Assembly (NCBI GenBank): GCA_001275005.1
Contig: JWZX01003132.1
Coordinates: 1 to 37,243, forward strand
DNA: 37,243 bases
Direction: 5' to 3'
DNA from: Chrysochromulina tobinii
Taxonomy: Eukaryota
Made by a program: the position numbers and the translations under genes. Shown here one piece after another: positions 20,543-30,623 of the stretch. Position 1 is the first letter of the stretch. Each line of letters opens with the position of its first letter. A model generated the notes under the pieces. It searched no databases. It saw only the letters and a program-made list of their open reading frames with translations, and was not told the origin of the DNA.

Positions 20543-22872
20543 TCACGCGGCGGGCACGTCGCAGCTGAAGCGCAGCGGCCCAATTGATGGCGCGCGCTGC
20601 AACCAAGGGTCGATGAAGGTCACGTTCCTCTCAAAGGCCGCCACAGCCGCCGCGCGCACCTCCGGGGGCATGCCATTTCGCAGACCCTCCAAGTGCAGCA
20701 GCACGGGCGTCTTGCCTGAGTGAGGGTCCCACTGCTGCTCAAGCCCCCAGGCGGCCTCAAACACCACCTTCGCGGGCCCGTTGTAGTGCATCGCCACGGG
20801 TATCTGCGCGCCCCTGCGCAGCCTGCCGTCGGTGCCCAGTGTGAACTTCTGCACGCCCAGACGGTCTCGGTCACTTCCAGCGTGGAAGACATTCACGAAG
20901 AGCGTGTTTGAGCGATCGAGTGCCAATGGAGGAAGCGCACGAGCACGTTCTTGAGGAAGGGGAGCTGGAGTCCGTTTCCGGAGCAAAAAGGGGCGGCCTG
21001 CAGCTCGCCGAGCTCGTGTTTCAGGAACGAGATCCCCTCGTGCTTGGGCGTGCTGGCTGTGCTGCGTCGCGCCGCTCGAATGACAGCCAGGGCTGCAGCG
21101 GCGCGCGCCATCGTGCAGAAAGGTGAAGCAGCCTTGCCCTTTGCTCTCGTACTGGATGCCCTCGTTGCACGAGGCGGCCATCTCCTGCGCCACGTAGATG
21201 CCTGCATACTTTGTCTGGTCGTTCTCGGTGTACGCGGCTGGGATGGGATCCGCGTTCGTGTCGAGCGAGCCCCAAAAGTGATAGTGCCGCAGCAGCGTCT
21301 CGATCTTCTCGCCGCGGCGCAAGCCGGTCATCGACTCGAGCAGCTGCTTCGCGTCGCCGATGTGGCCCATCCACATGCCCGAGTTGAGGTGCTCGTGTGG
21401 TCCGCTCGTGCGATCAGTTGGGCGCTGGGGGTAGAGCTCCTTGAGCTCGAGAGGGTAAGAGTCAGCCTCCGCCGAGAAGACGAGCGGAGGCGCGCGGCCA
21501 CGAGCGCCGCCCGCCTGCGCGGCCACCTTGGCGTACGCGTGCCGAAACTCGGCGTACCCGCCCTGGAAGATGACGTCGTGGTCGGTGAAGAGTACGAGCG
21601 CGTCGTCCGGGTACTGGCAGCGGCGAAGGTACTCAAGTGGCAAGACGAGCTTCGCACCCAAGTGGTAGGTCCATGGCTTCTTGTGGCCCACAGTCCACGA
21701 GGGCGCATCCCAGCCGAGTACCGTCGGCTGCAGACCGTGCAGCAGCGCGGACTCAAGGTAGTGGCACAGGAACTGGTTGGGCCGGTCGGACACCAGCAGT
21801 ACCAGCGTGTTCTGCACCAGAGGCGCGCAGTGGGGCGCCAGTGCGTCGCGCGCCTTCGCCTCCGCACTCCCGGGCAGCCATGGATCCGATGGTAGAGTCT
21901 GCACCGGCATCTGGTGGACGTACTTTTCGCAGTCGAGGCGAGCCCAGCGCACGCGCAGCAGCGGGCTCATGCTGCGCCCACCACGGCGAAGCTCGCCCTC
22001 GTGCGCACTTAGGATGGCGTTGCACGTGGGCTCCGCGAAATGTTTCCAACACACCTCGCTCCACCCGGCACCGCCCTGGCGCACCAACCGCGCCGCGTCT
22101 TCTGGGTCCGAGCACGGCGCGAAGCACGCTGCACGCCGCGCGGCCCACTTGCGCCCGTCAGCCAGCAGCGCCGCGAGAGGCACAGTCTCCAGGCTGAGTT
22201 TGGTCGAGTCGAGCTTGGCGGCGGCATGCCACTTGCCCGCGAGCGGGCTGTTTCCGTGCCCGCGGATGATGTCCTCCATGCGGTAGTTGATGTACGCCCC
22301 GCGCACGTGTGCCTTGAGATACGCGGCCGTTGGGCTTTTCGCCACGCGTGCATCGCCCAGGTCGAAGACGTTGCCGTCGGGAAGCTCGAACTTGAACCAG
22401 GTCTCCTTATCGTACGTGAGCGACGACACCTCGGCGCGCACCACCCATGCATCATCGCTCGGCGGCGGAACGAGCCGCAGGAAGCGCCCAGTGAGCACGT
22501 GCTGCAGCTGCACCCAACCGTTCTTTTGCGGCACCACCCGCCACGCGAGGCGCGCGAGAGGGACTGTGCCCTCTATGCGGAAGCGCCGGCGCACCGCTGC
22601 ATACACGACGCCCTTCTCGCGCGGCGCCAGGTACTTGTCGTTCGCGTCGAAGCGCAACAACACAAAGTGCTCCGTGCATGCCTCCGGATGGGCTGCCGTG
22701 CAGCTCGAGTCGCGAAGCCGCGCCACGTCGTCGGACTCGGTGCAGCCGGATGACGCGTTTCCGGCTGGTGCATTCTGAGCCACCCGCGGATCTGCTGCCG
22801 CAGCATTTGTAGGTCCGGCTACCACCGATTCGGCCGTGGCAGCAACAGCAGCGATCGCAGGAGCAAGAGCAG

Positions 22873-22928
<56 letters not shown>

Positions 22929-23296
22929 TCTGGACGGCCCCGCCCTCGTCCACGACCGCGGCCGCGGCGAAGGCGCATCACCTGTGCTCCTGATAGTGGC
23001 AACGACGTCGGCGTTGCGTCGCGCAGTGCGCGCTGATTCGGACGAGATCGCCAGGTGCGCGAGCCGCGAACGGCGTCCGAAGGCAGGTCTGGTGATTTGA
23101 AGACGAAACTTGAAGTCTTGAGCCGCTTCTTGACCACGACTGGCGGTGAGGCAGCACGCGGCGTCGATTGAGCGGCAGCGGCTGGTTCGGTGCCACCCGG
23201 CACTATCAAAGGGACTATGGCTGAGGACGCCACGAAGAGCACGCTGAGGAGGCCTACCGCGTATAGCACCGGCGCGCATGTAAGGTCGGCGCGCAT
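20543..23296 (-). CDS. Type II membrane glycosyltransferase with a PLOD/LH3-like GT domain and a possible beta-trefoil-like middle domain
   Basis: N-terminal TM helix and Ala-rich stem. GT motifs LVLFTDHDVIF (DxD), LVFSAEADSYP, HLNSGMWMG, NDQ, LALDRSNTLF and MHYNGPAK. Confidence 0.75.
22874..22927 (+). repeat. (GCA)n trinucleotide tract (poly-Ala in the minus-strand gene)
   Basis: Run of about 17 GCA units, directly visible. Confidence 0.95.
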
Positions 23297-23513
23297 GAAT
23301 GCGAAGTTTTAGATTTTCGCGCGAAGTTTGCAGCGCCGAACTCGCTCAGCGGATCCAACCCCTCGCTCAGCGAGATCCAACCCCTCACCACCCCCGTAAT
23401 TCTCCGTTTTCTCAGCTGTTCACGATCGAAGCTGCCGAGAACACTCCGAGAACCTGTGCGGCGTCCAACGAACGTGAGTGAGGTTGTAGCGACCTCGCCA
23501 ACCGCCGCCGGCC

Positions 23514-24812
23514 ATGGCGTTCAGAGAGATGGCCCAGAACCAATCGCGTCACCGGCTCGCCAAGGTCGAGGTCGAGAAGAAGGGACCAGCGGCCTCGCTG
23601 CGTGACAAGAAGTTGCTTGTCGGCGTCGCGGGCCGGATGGGCAAGCTGCACACGCTATTCGCTGCGCAGAAGGCGACGGTGGCGCCCGAGCACGAGACGT
23701 TCTCGGTCGTACACGGCTTCGGAGAGGATGTCGAAGTGGACGTCTACGGTACAGAAACGAGGCACCCAAGCAAGGATGCACTCAAGCTTGCCGAGCTCAT
23801 CTACCTCGCCAGTCTCTCAGGCGACGTGGATGGCCTCAGCGCGGCTCTCTCGCCAATCATCGCGCAGGCAGAGGCGGCCGAGGCGGCCAAGGTGGCGGCC
23901 GATGAGGCGGCCCGGGCGGCTGAGGCCGCGGCAGCCGCGGCCCAGGCCGCAGCAGAGGCCGCCGCCGCCAAGGGCAAGAAGGGCGCGCCGCCGCCGCCGC
24001 CGCCTGCGGAAAGTGTGCCGCCGATCGCCGTCGAGGTGCCCCCTATGCCGGATTGGCGGGTGGTCGACGTGCGCGGCCTCGAGCCACTCGCTCTCGCTTG
24101 CGCACGCGGGCACGCGGAGGCCGCGAAAATGCTGCTCAAGGCGCGCGCTTCCGTTGACGCCGCCGCGCACTCGTGTGGTCGCACTGCACTGCACCGCGCT
24201 GTCGAGGGAGGGCACCTGGCGACCGTGATGACGCTGCTCGACGGCAAGGCCGACCCCACACTGGGCGCACGCAACGGCGTCTGTGCGCTGCAGGCCGCAG
24301 CGGCGCGAGGCCACCTGGAGATCGTCAGCTTGCTGCTCTCGCTTACAGTACCAGTGCCGCCGTCTACTCTGGAGGAGATCGCGGCTGCCGAAGCCTCGGC
24401 CGCCGCTGCAGCCAAGGGTGCCAAGGGTGCCCCCCCTCCAGAGCCACCGCCGCCGCCGCCACCGCCGAAGAAAGTGTGCCGCGTCGACCAGCCCGACCAC
24501 AGCGGCTTGACTCCGCTCATGGTGGCGGCGAAGGGTGGCTACTCGACCGTGCTGAAGGCTTTGCTGGATGGAGGCGCTGACCCAAGCGTAACGGACATCA
24601 ACGGCTGGGGCGCCGTGCATCACGCGTGCCGCTCGGGCCACCGTGAAGTGGCGCTCAGCCTCGCGCGCGCAGGCGCCGATGTGGGCCCCACCAAGGGCGG
24701 ACGCAAACTGGCGAGCTTGGACGCTCGAATAGCTGCCGATGTGGAGGCGCTCCTCGCCTCCTCACCCCCCGTCGCAGCCCGCACGCAGCGGCCGATGACG
24801 GCCCCGCCGTGA
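23514..24812 (+). CDS. Ankyrin-repeat protein with Ala/Pro-rich inserts
   Basis: Ankyrin motifs GLEPLALACARGH, GRTALHRAVEGGH, GLTPLMVAAKGGY and GWGAVHHACRSGH. Confidence 0.9.
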   Translation: MAFREMAQNQSRHRLAKVEVEKKGPAASLRDKKLLVGVAGRMGKLHTLFAAQKATVAPEHETFSVVHGFGEDVEVDVYGTETRHPSKDALKLAELIYLASLSGDVDGLSAALSPIIAQAEAAEAAKVAADEAARAAEAAAAAAQAAAEAAAAKGKKGAPPPPPPAESVPPIAVEVPPMPDWRVVDVRGLEPLALACARGHAEAAKMLLKARASVDAAAHSCGRTALHRAVEGGHLATVMTLLDGKADPTLGARNGVCALQAAAARGHLEIVSLLLSLTVPVPPSTLEEIAAAEASAAAAAKGAKGAPPPEPPPPPPPPKKVCRVDQPDHSGLTPLMVAAKGGYSTVLKALLDGGADPSVTDINGWGAVHHACRSGHREVALSLARAGADVGPTKGGRKLASLDARIAADVEALLASSPPVAARTQRPMTAPP

Positions 24813-25310
24813 GTCGCGCCGAGAGAGGGCTCCCGACGGTTCAGTTCGAGACCCGCGGGCAGTGGTAGCTGGCGCGTCCGTGTCAAGCATGGTGGGTCTG
24901 TTGACTACTGTAGGAAGTGACGCTCGTCTCCACCGTTATGTACATATCGGTGCCGACCGATGCATCGCGTCCTCGGCGGTACGTGCTTGGGTGCTGGTCG
25001 GATGTGAGAGGTCGTGTCTTGAAAGAGGTAACCTCTTCCGAAAGATGAGAGATGTCGTCCTTGCACCTTGGCCTTCGAGTTCCATCGACAGTCCGGACTC
25101 CGGTCACAGTTCACCGCACGGCTGCGCTCGCACGGATCGAACGTGTAGCTTGTGTGAGTCCACGCAATAATGTCGTGTAGCTCGTGTGGGCTCCCACCGC
25201 CCAAGCAGCACACAGAAGCTCGCTCCGTAACCGAACAATTGCATGCAATAAGGGAAAGTTGACGGTTTCGTCGCCGGTCTCTGTCGTTTTGAGGCGTCCT
25301 CTGCGAAAGC

Positions 25311-28300
25311 ATGGATCGCAGCCACCGCGGCGTGCTCACCACGGGCTTCGAGCACGGGCGCCACACAACGATTGAGGTAGGGTCCCTCCCACCGACGCGC
25401 CAGCCGGGGACCCGGTACGTAAATCGGCAACCTCCTGACTCCGACGTGGTGGTGAGTCAGAGCGCGGGACGGCCCGCGTGGGAAGCGGAGGAAGCCACGT
25501 CCTACACGTCCGGCCACTCGCGACCGCCGTCAACACGCGGCCGCACGACAATCGCGCTCACCTCTTCGACGGCTACAACAAAGCCTTCCTTTCTGGTCCC
25601 GGACACGCACATGTATTCACCTTACCTAGCGTCGGTGAAGCAGAGCCGCCCTGGAAGCTCCGCGAGCCTCCGTGGCGCAGGCACGCCGATCTTCGTAGCT
25701 GGCATGCCTGGCCAGTTCATCCCATCGAGCCTGAGCCTGCCCAATCTCGTCGAGCCTCCTCCTCCGCCTCAGCCGAGTGCGGATGCGGCGAATGTGCAAA
25801 AGGCCATGGAGATGGCCACCGAGGCGCAGGCCTTTGCCAACGAGCTCGCCGTGGCACTGGAGGTGAGCAAGAAGGAGCTCGAGACCGCCAAGCTGCGCGA
25901 GGCCAAGCTGCTGCAGCAGTTCGAGCTCGAGCGCACCGAATGGCGCGAGATGACCCAGCACCTCAAGCAGACGCACGAGAAGGAGATGGGCAAGGTACGC
26001 GACGAGTGCGCCACGAGGCTCCAAGCGGCAGGCGTCCAGTTCGAGTACACACTCGAGGGGAAGCTAGTGCGGCTACGCGGCGCCCTCGAGGGCCAGCAGC
26101 AGCTCGCCGAGAAGAAAGGTACGCTTCCAGCCCCTCACCTTCTGCGCATGCATCCATGCATGCACATCATCACACGTCCATGACACCCTCCTATCCCATC
26201 ACAATACCACTAACACACACCTCGATGCCAGTGAGTGAATATCTGACTCTCTCTCCCTCTCTCACACTGACACCTTGCGCCTGCCGCCCCATCACGCGCC
26301 CTTCCTTTGAGCGCAGCTAAGGAAGAGCGCCTCGAGCTGCTGCGACGGCAGAGCATGCGCCGAGTGATGCACCGCGACCTGTCCGCCGGCTGGCAGGCCT
26401 GGAGCGAGCTGTACCAGGCGCGCAAGTACGCGATGGAGAGGCTGCGCACTTGCGCCAACCGGCTGCGTACGCCCGAGCTGTCGGACGCTCTGAGCCACTG
26501 GCTGGCCTCCATGGAGCGGGCCAGGCGCGACGCCGAGCTCAGGGAGATGATGATGCGCGAGGCGGCCGCGAAGGGGGCGAGCGCTGCTCTCGAATCCGAG
26601 CTGGCAGCCGTGCGCGCCGAGTACGATGCCAAGCTCGCGGCGATGGAGCACGCTCACAAGAAGGCCATGGAGCGGCAGCTCATCGAGCTCACCGGCAGCG
26701 CCGATCAGATTGCGGCACTGCGCAGCGAGCAATCGAAGGAAGAGCGCGTCGAGCTGCTCCGCCGTCAGAGCATGCGACGAGTGATGAACAGCGGCCTCTC
26801 ATCAGGCTGGGTCGCGTGGGTCGAAATGTGGGAGGCCAAGTCGTACGCGCTCAAGCGGCTCAAGGACGTTGGCAACAAGCTGCGCACGCCCGCCGTCTCA
26901 GACACCTTCAGTTACTGGTGCACCTCGCTTGCCCAGAAGCGCGCGAAGCTAGAGCGTGAGCGGCTCGAGCGCGAGGCTAATTCCCTCGAGGCCCAACTGC
27001 GCCGTGCGAGATTTGAGACGGGCCAGCTGCAGCTCGTGCGCGTGGCGCAGGAGGACGAGCTGCGCGCCCTGCGTAACGCGCTGGACAATATCAAAGCGCT
27101 CTCGACGGATTCGGAGACCGGCGAGCCCGCATTGCCCGCCCTGAAGGCACAGGTCGAGATGATGCGGACCCGCATGGCCGTGCTCACCGAGGAGGCGGCG
27201 ACGGCGAACCGGCTGCGCAAGGAGGCCGAGGAGGATGCGGCACGCCAGCAGGAGGATATGAAACGGTTGCTCGATAAGCTGCTGCGCGACCAGCGTCGCA
27301 AGTTTGAGGCGGACCTCGAGGAGCTCCACAAGCAGGTGAACGCGAAAGCGAAGAAGTCTGTGGCGGAGGAGAAGCAGGCGCGCGTCGAGCTGCTCCGCCG
27401 GCAGGTGGCACGACGCATGATGAGCGCAGGCCTCTCACGCGGCTGGCAGGCGTGGCTCGAGATGTACGAGGCTCGCACGTATGCTCTCTCACGGCTGCAG
27501 CAGGCGGCCGCCTTCCTCTCCAAGCCGGAGCTGGCCGCAAGCTTCTCGTTGTGGATGCGTGTGTGGTACGCGGGCGTGCAGAAGCGCATCCAGGCGCAAG
27601 CGGCCCTCAAGGACCTCGACTTGGTCAACGCGGCCAGCCGGTGCGTCGAGCTCCAGGCGCAGATGCAGCGCATGAAGCAGGAGGCGAATGAGCTCAAGGA
27701 CGAGCGCGACGCGCTCCGTCTGAAGCTGCATGCACTCGACGGCGGGCTGGCTGAGCTGGAGCGACAGCATGGGCAGCGGCTGGCAAAGGAGAAAGAGGAG
27801 CGGCTGGAGTTGATCCGTCGGCAGAGCGTGCGCCGTGTGCTCTACCGCGACCTCGGCCTCGGCTGGCAAGCGTGGCTGGAGCTCTACGAGGCGAGAAGGC
27901 ATGCGATGCATTGCCTGCGCACCGCGGCCAACCGACTGCGCGCGCCCGAGCTCGCCGACGCGTTCAGCGGCTGGGAGGATGTGTGGCGACGTGGCAAGAA
28001 CGAGGCGATCCTCGCGGCCGAGAAAGAGAAGGCGCGCAGGCTGCGGCTGGGCTCGGAGGAGATGTCGGCCGAGCTCGAGGCCGTCAAGGCGGACTACGAG
28101 CACAAGCTGGCGACGCTCGCGGAGCGATTCGCCCACGCCGAGCATCAGTTGAGCATGCTGCGTGGCTCCCAGTCCGAGCTCAAGACCGCAGCTGCGGAGC
28201 AGGAGCAGCACGAGCGCGCCGAGCGCGTCGAACTCTTAACGCGCCAGCTCGCACGCCGCATGAAGAACAGCGACCTCACGCAAGGGTGGGCGGCCTGGCA

Positions 28301-29894
28301 CGCGTACTATGCCGCGCACGTATACGCCCACAGCCGGCTCCGCCAGGCCGCCAATCGGCTCAAGTCGCCTGCGCTTCAGGGTGCGTTCGACAGCTGGGCA
28401 GACGTCGTCGCGGATGAGAAGCGAATGGCACAGGTGATGAACCTGATGCGCCAGCGTGCGGGCCTGCAGTCGGAGGCGGAGAAGCTCGAATCCGAGCTGG
28501 CAGCCGTGCGCGCCGAGTACGATGCCAAGCTCGCGGCGATGGAGCACGCTCACAAGAAGGCCATGGAGCGGCAGCTCGTCGAGCTCACCGGCACCGCCGA
28601 TCAGATTGCGGCTCTCAAGGACGAGCGCTCGATGGAGGAACGCATCGAGATCATCCGTAGGCAGGTGACGAGGCGCATTCTGAACGGCGGCCTCTCGCGC
28701 GGCTGGCAAGCGTGGCTTGAGATGTGGGAGGCCAAGTCGTACGCCCTCCATCGGCTGCGCGATGTGGGCAACAAGCTCCGGGCACCCGAGTGCTCCGCCG
28801 TGTTCAGCATGTGGGCCGCGGACGTGGAGCGCGCCAAGCAACTCGCGGAGCGCCAGCGGCTCGAGCGCGAGGCTAATTCCCTCGAGGCCCAACTGCGCCG
28901 TGCGAGATTTGAGACGGGCCAGCTGCAGCTCGTGCGCGTGGCGCAGGAGGACGAGCTGCGCGCCCTCAAGGCGCGGCTCGGAGTGCTCACAGACGAGGTC
29001 CTTGACCACGACTCTGGGCTTCGTCACGTGCCCGACCTCCGCCTTGACAATGAGCGGCTTCGTCAACTGCATCTCGACGCGTCAGAGGCGGCCCAGACCG
29101 CTCAACGGCTGCGCCTCGAGGCCGAGGACGATATCCAGCGAGAGCGCCTCGAGCACGAGAAGCTGCTGACGAAACTGCTCGCCGAGCAGCGAGCGGAGCT
29201 CGAGGCCGAGCTCGTCGATCTGCGCAAGCAAGTGGACGCTCGCACTGAGGAATGGTCCAAGATGGTGAGAGGGCGCCACGAGCTCGAGGCCACCATTTTG
29301 GAGCTCCGGCGCGAGCTCACGGAGCAGCAACGCTCGTATGGGGAGGCGCACCTGGCCATGCAAGCCAACATTCAGAAGCTCTCTAAGGAGCTCGTCGAGG
29401 AGAAGAAGAAGCCCCGGCCGCAGTCGCCGAAAAAGATGGAACTCCCCCCACCCCCGAAGAAGAAGGGCGGCTCGCCACTGGGCAACTTCGACCTGGACGA
29501 GGGTCCTGACGCACTGCCAATCTCAGTGCAGCTCGCCAATGCTCTCAAGAAGGGGGCGGGCAAGGTACTCGACCTCTTCCGCAGCTGGGACGAGAATGGC
29601 GACGGCGAGGTGAGTCGCGAGGAGTTCCACCTCGCGATGCCCGCGCTCGGGCTCGATGTGCCCAAGGCGGACATTGACAAGCTTTTCTCGGAATGGGACT
29701 CCGACGGCGGCGGCTGCATCGGCTATAAGGAGCTCAGCAAGATCCTGAAGGCCAAGCCAGTTGCGAAGTCAGCTGCACCTGCTGCCGCTGCGCTCATGGC
29801 CATCGGGCGCATGCAGGGGGACGTGCTCAGATCCAAAGTCGGCTTCGCAGAGAAGTTCAAGAAGGACGGCGGTGGCGCATCCGGCGTGTCGTAG
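25311..29894 (+). CDS. Large coiled-coil protein with Sfi1-like repeats and a C-terminal EF-hand pair; exons 25311-26118 and 26317-29894; about 1461 aa
   Basis: GT-AG intron 26119-26316 joins the two track ORFs in frame. There are six modules with paired Lx3[WFL]x2W motifs. The EF loops are DENGDGEVSREE and DSDGGGCIGYKE. Confidence 0.82.
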
Positions 29895-30209
29895 TGAGCG
29901 TGAAGTTGTGTGAGGAGCGGACAACCGGTTCCGGTCCGGTCCCTGTGCCCCTCGTTGCACTTCGAAATGAACTGTGATGATGATCATTCCGTTCTTGATC
30001 GAGGTCTTGGTGCGAGTCCGTGTACGTGTACAGCGTACATACAGGCTGTATCATACACCACGCCGGGGCGGGGACACTGAGTCGTCACCAAAACTGTTAC
30101 TATATTATAGGTGCGTAGAAGCGAATTCCGTGACTTCACTATCGATCTCTCATACGGTAATTAACAGGGCTCTTACCGATAGCGCTCTGACTTTAAACCT
30201 GTAACAAAA

Positions 30210-30396
30210 TATCGCGTGGACACGGGGCCCAACGCGGCGAAAGCAAATGTAAGAGGCACCATGGCTCCACTCAACCACGAAATCACAAACACCCACATCC
30301 CCACAGGGAATTCCCCACAGACTAAGTACTCCTAGGGTTGATGGCTATAACATATACAATCGTACGCATACCTAATATCGAATATGCCCCGTGACA
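30210..30396 (-). repeat. 3' LTR (minus strand TGTCAC...CGATA)
   Basis: Matches 36919-37105 at 186 of 187 positions (t30392 vs a37101). Confidence 0.92.
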
Positions 30397-30404
30397 GCCC
30401 CTCA
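30397..30404 (-). promoter_or_regulatory. Short polypurine-tract-like site (TGAGGGGC) abutting the 3' LTR
   Basis: Position and GAGGGG core resemble LTR-retrotransposon PPTs, but the tract is short. Confidence 0.5.
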
Positions 30405-30623
30405 CGGCTGCGGCGAAAGCCATGCAGCCGTACTATATGCGGGGCATGCCCCTGCGACACAAGGTTGATCGCACTGACCAACGCTCACAGCGCATAGGCC
30501 AATGTTGAAGGCACACGAACCGATACCGAGTCGGGCTAAGCCTATGCAAAGCCCCTCCTGGCCAGAAGGTAGGCTTAGGACGGGCTGTAACGGGAGCGTC
30601 GGCAGCATTAACGAGGGCAGCAA

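Noticed and set aside
18545..20723. Long ORFs 18545-19624 (-) and 19917-20723 (+), plus the many other overlapping track ORFs
   Set aside because: They are antisense or alternative-frame products of high GC with no recognisable motifs, and they overlap better-supported genes or their 3' regions.
30200..30396. Canonical TG...CA LTR starting at TGTAAC 30200
   Set aside because: The second copy lacks the first 9 bases, and the CAAAA duplication places the boundary at 30210.
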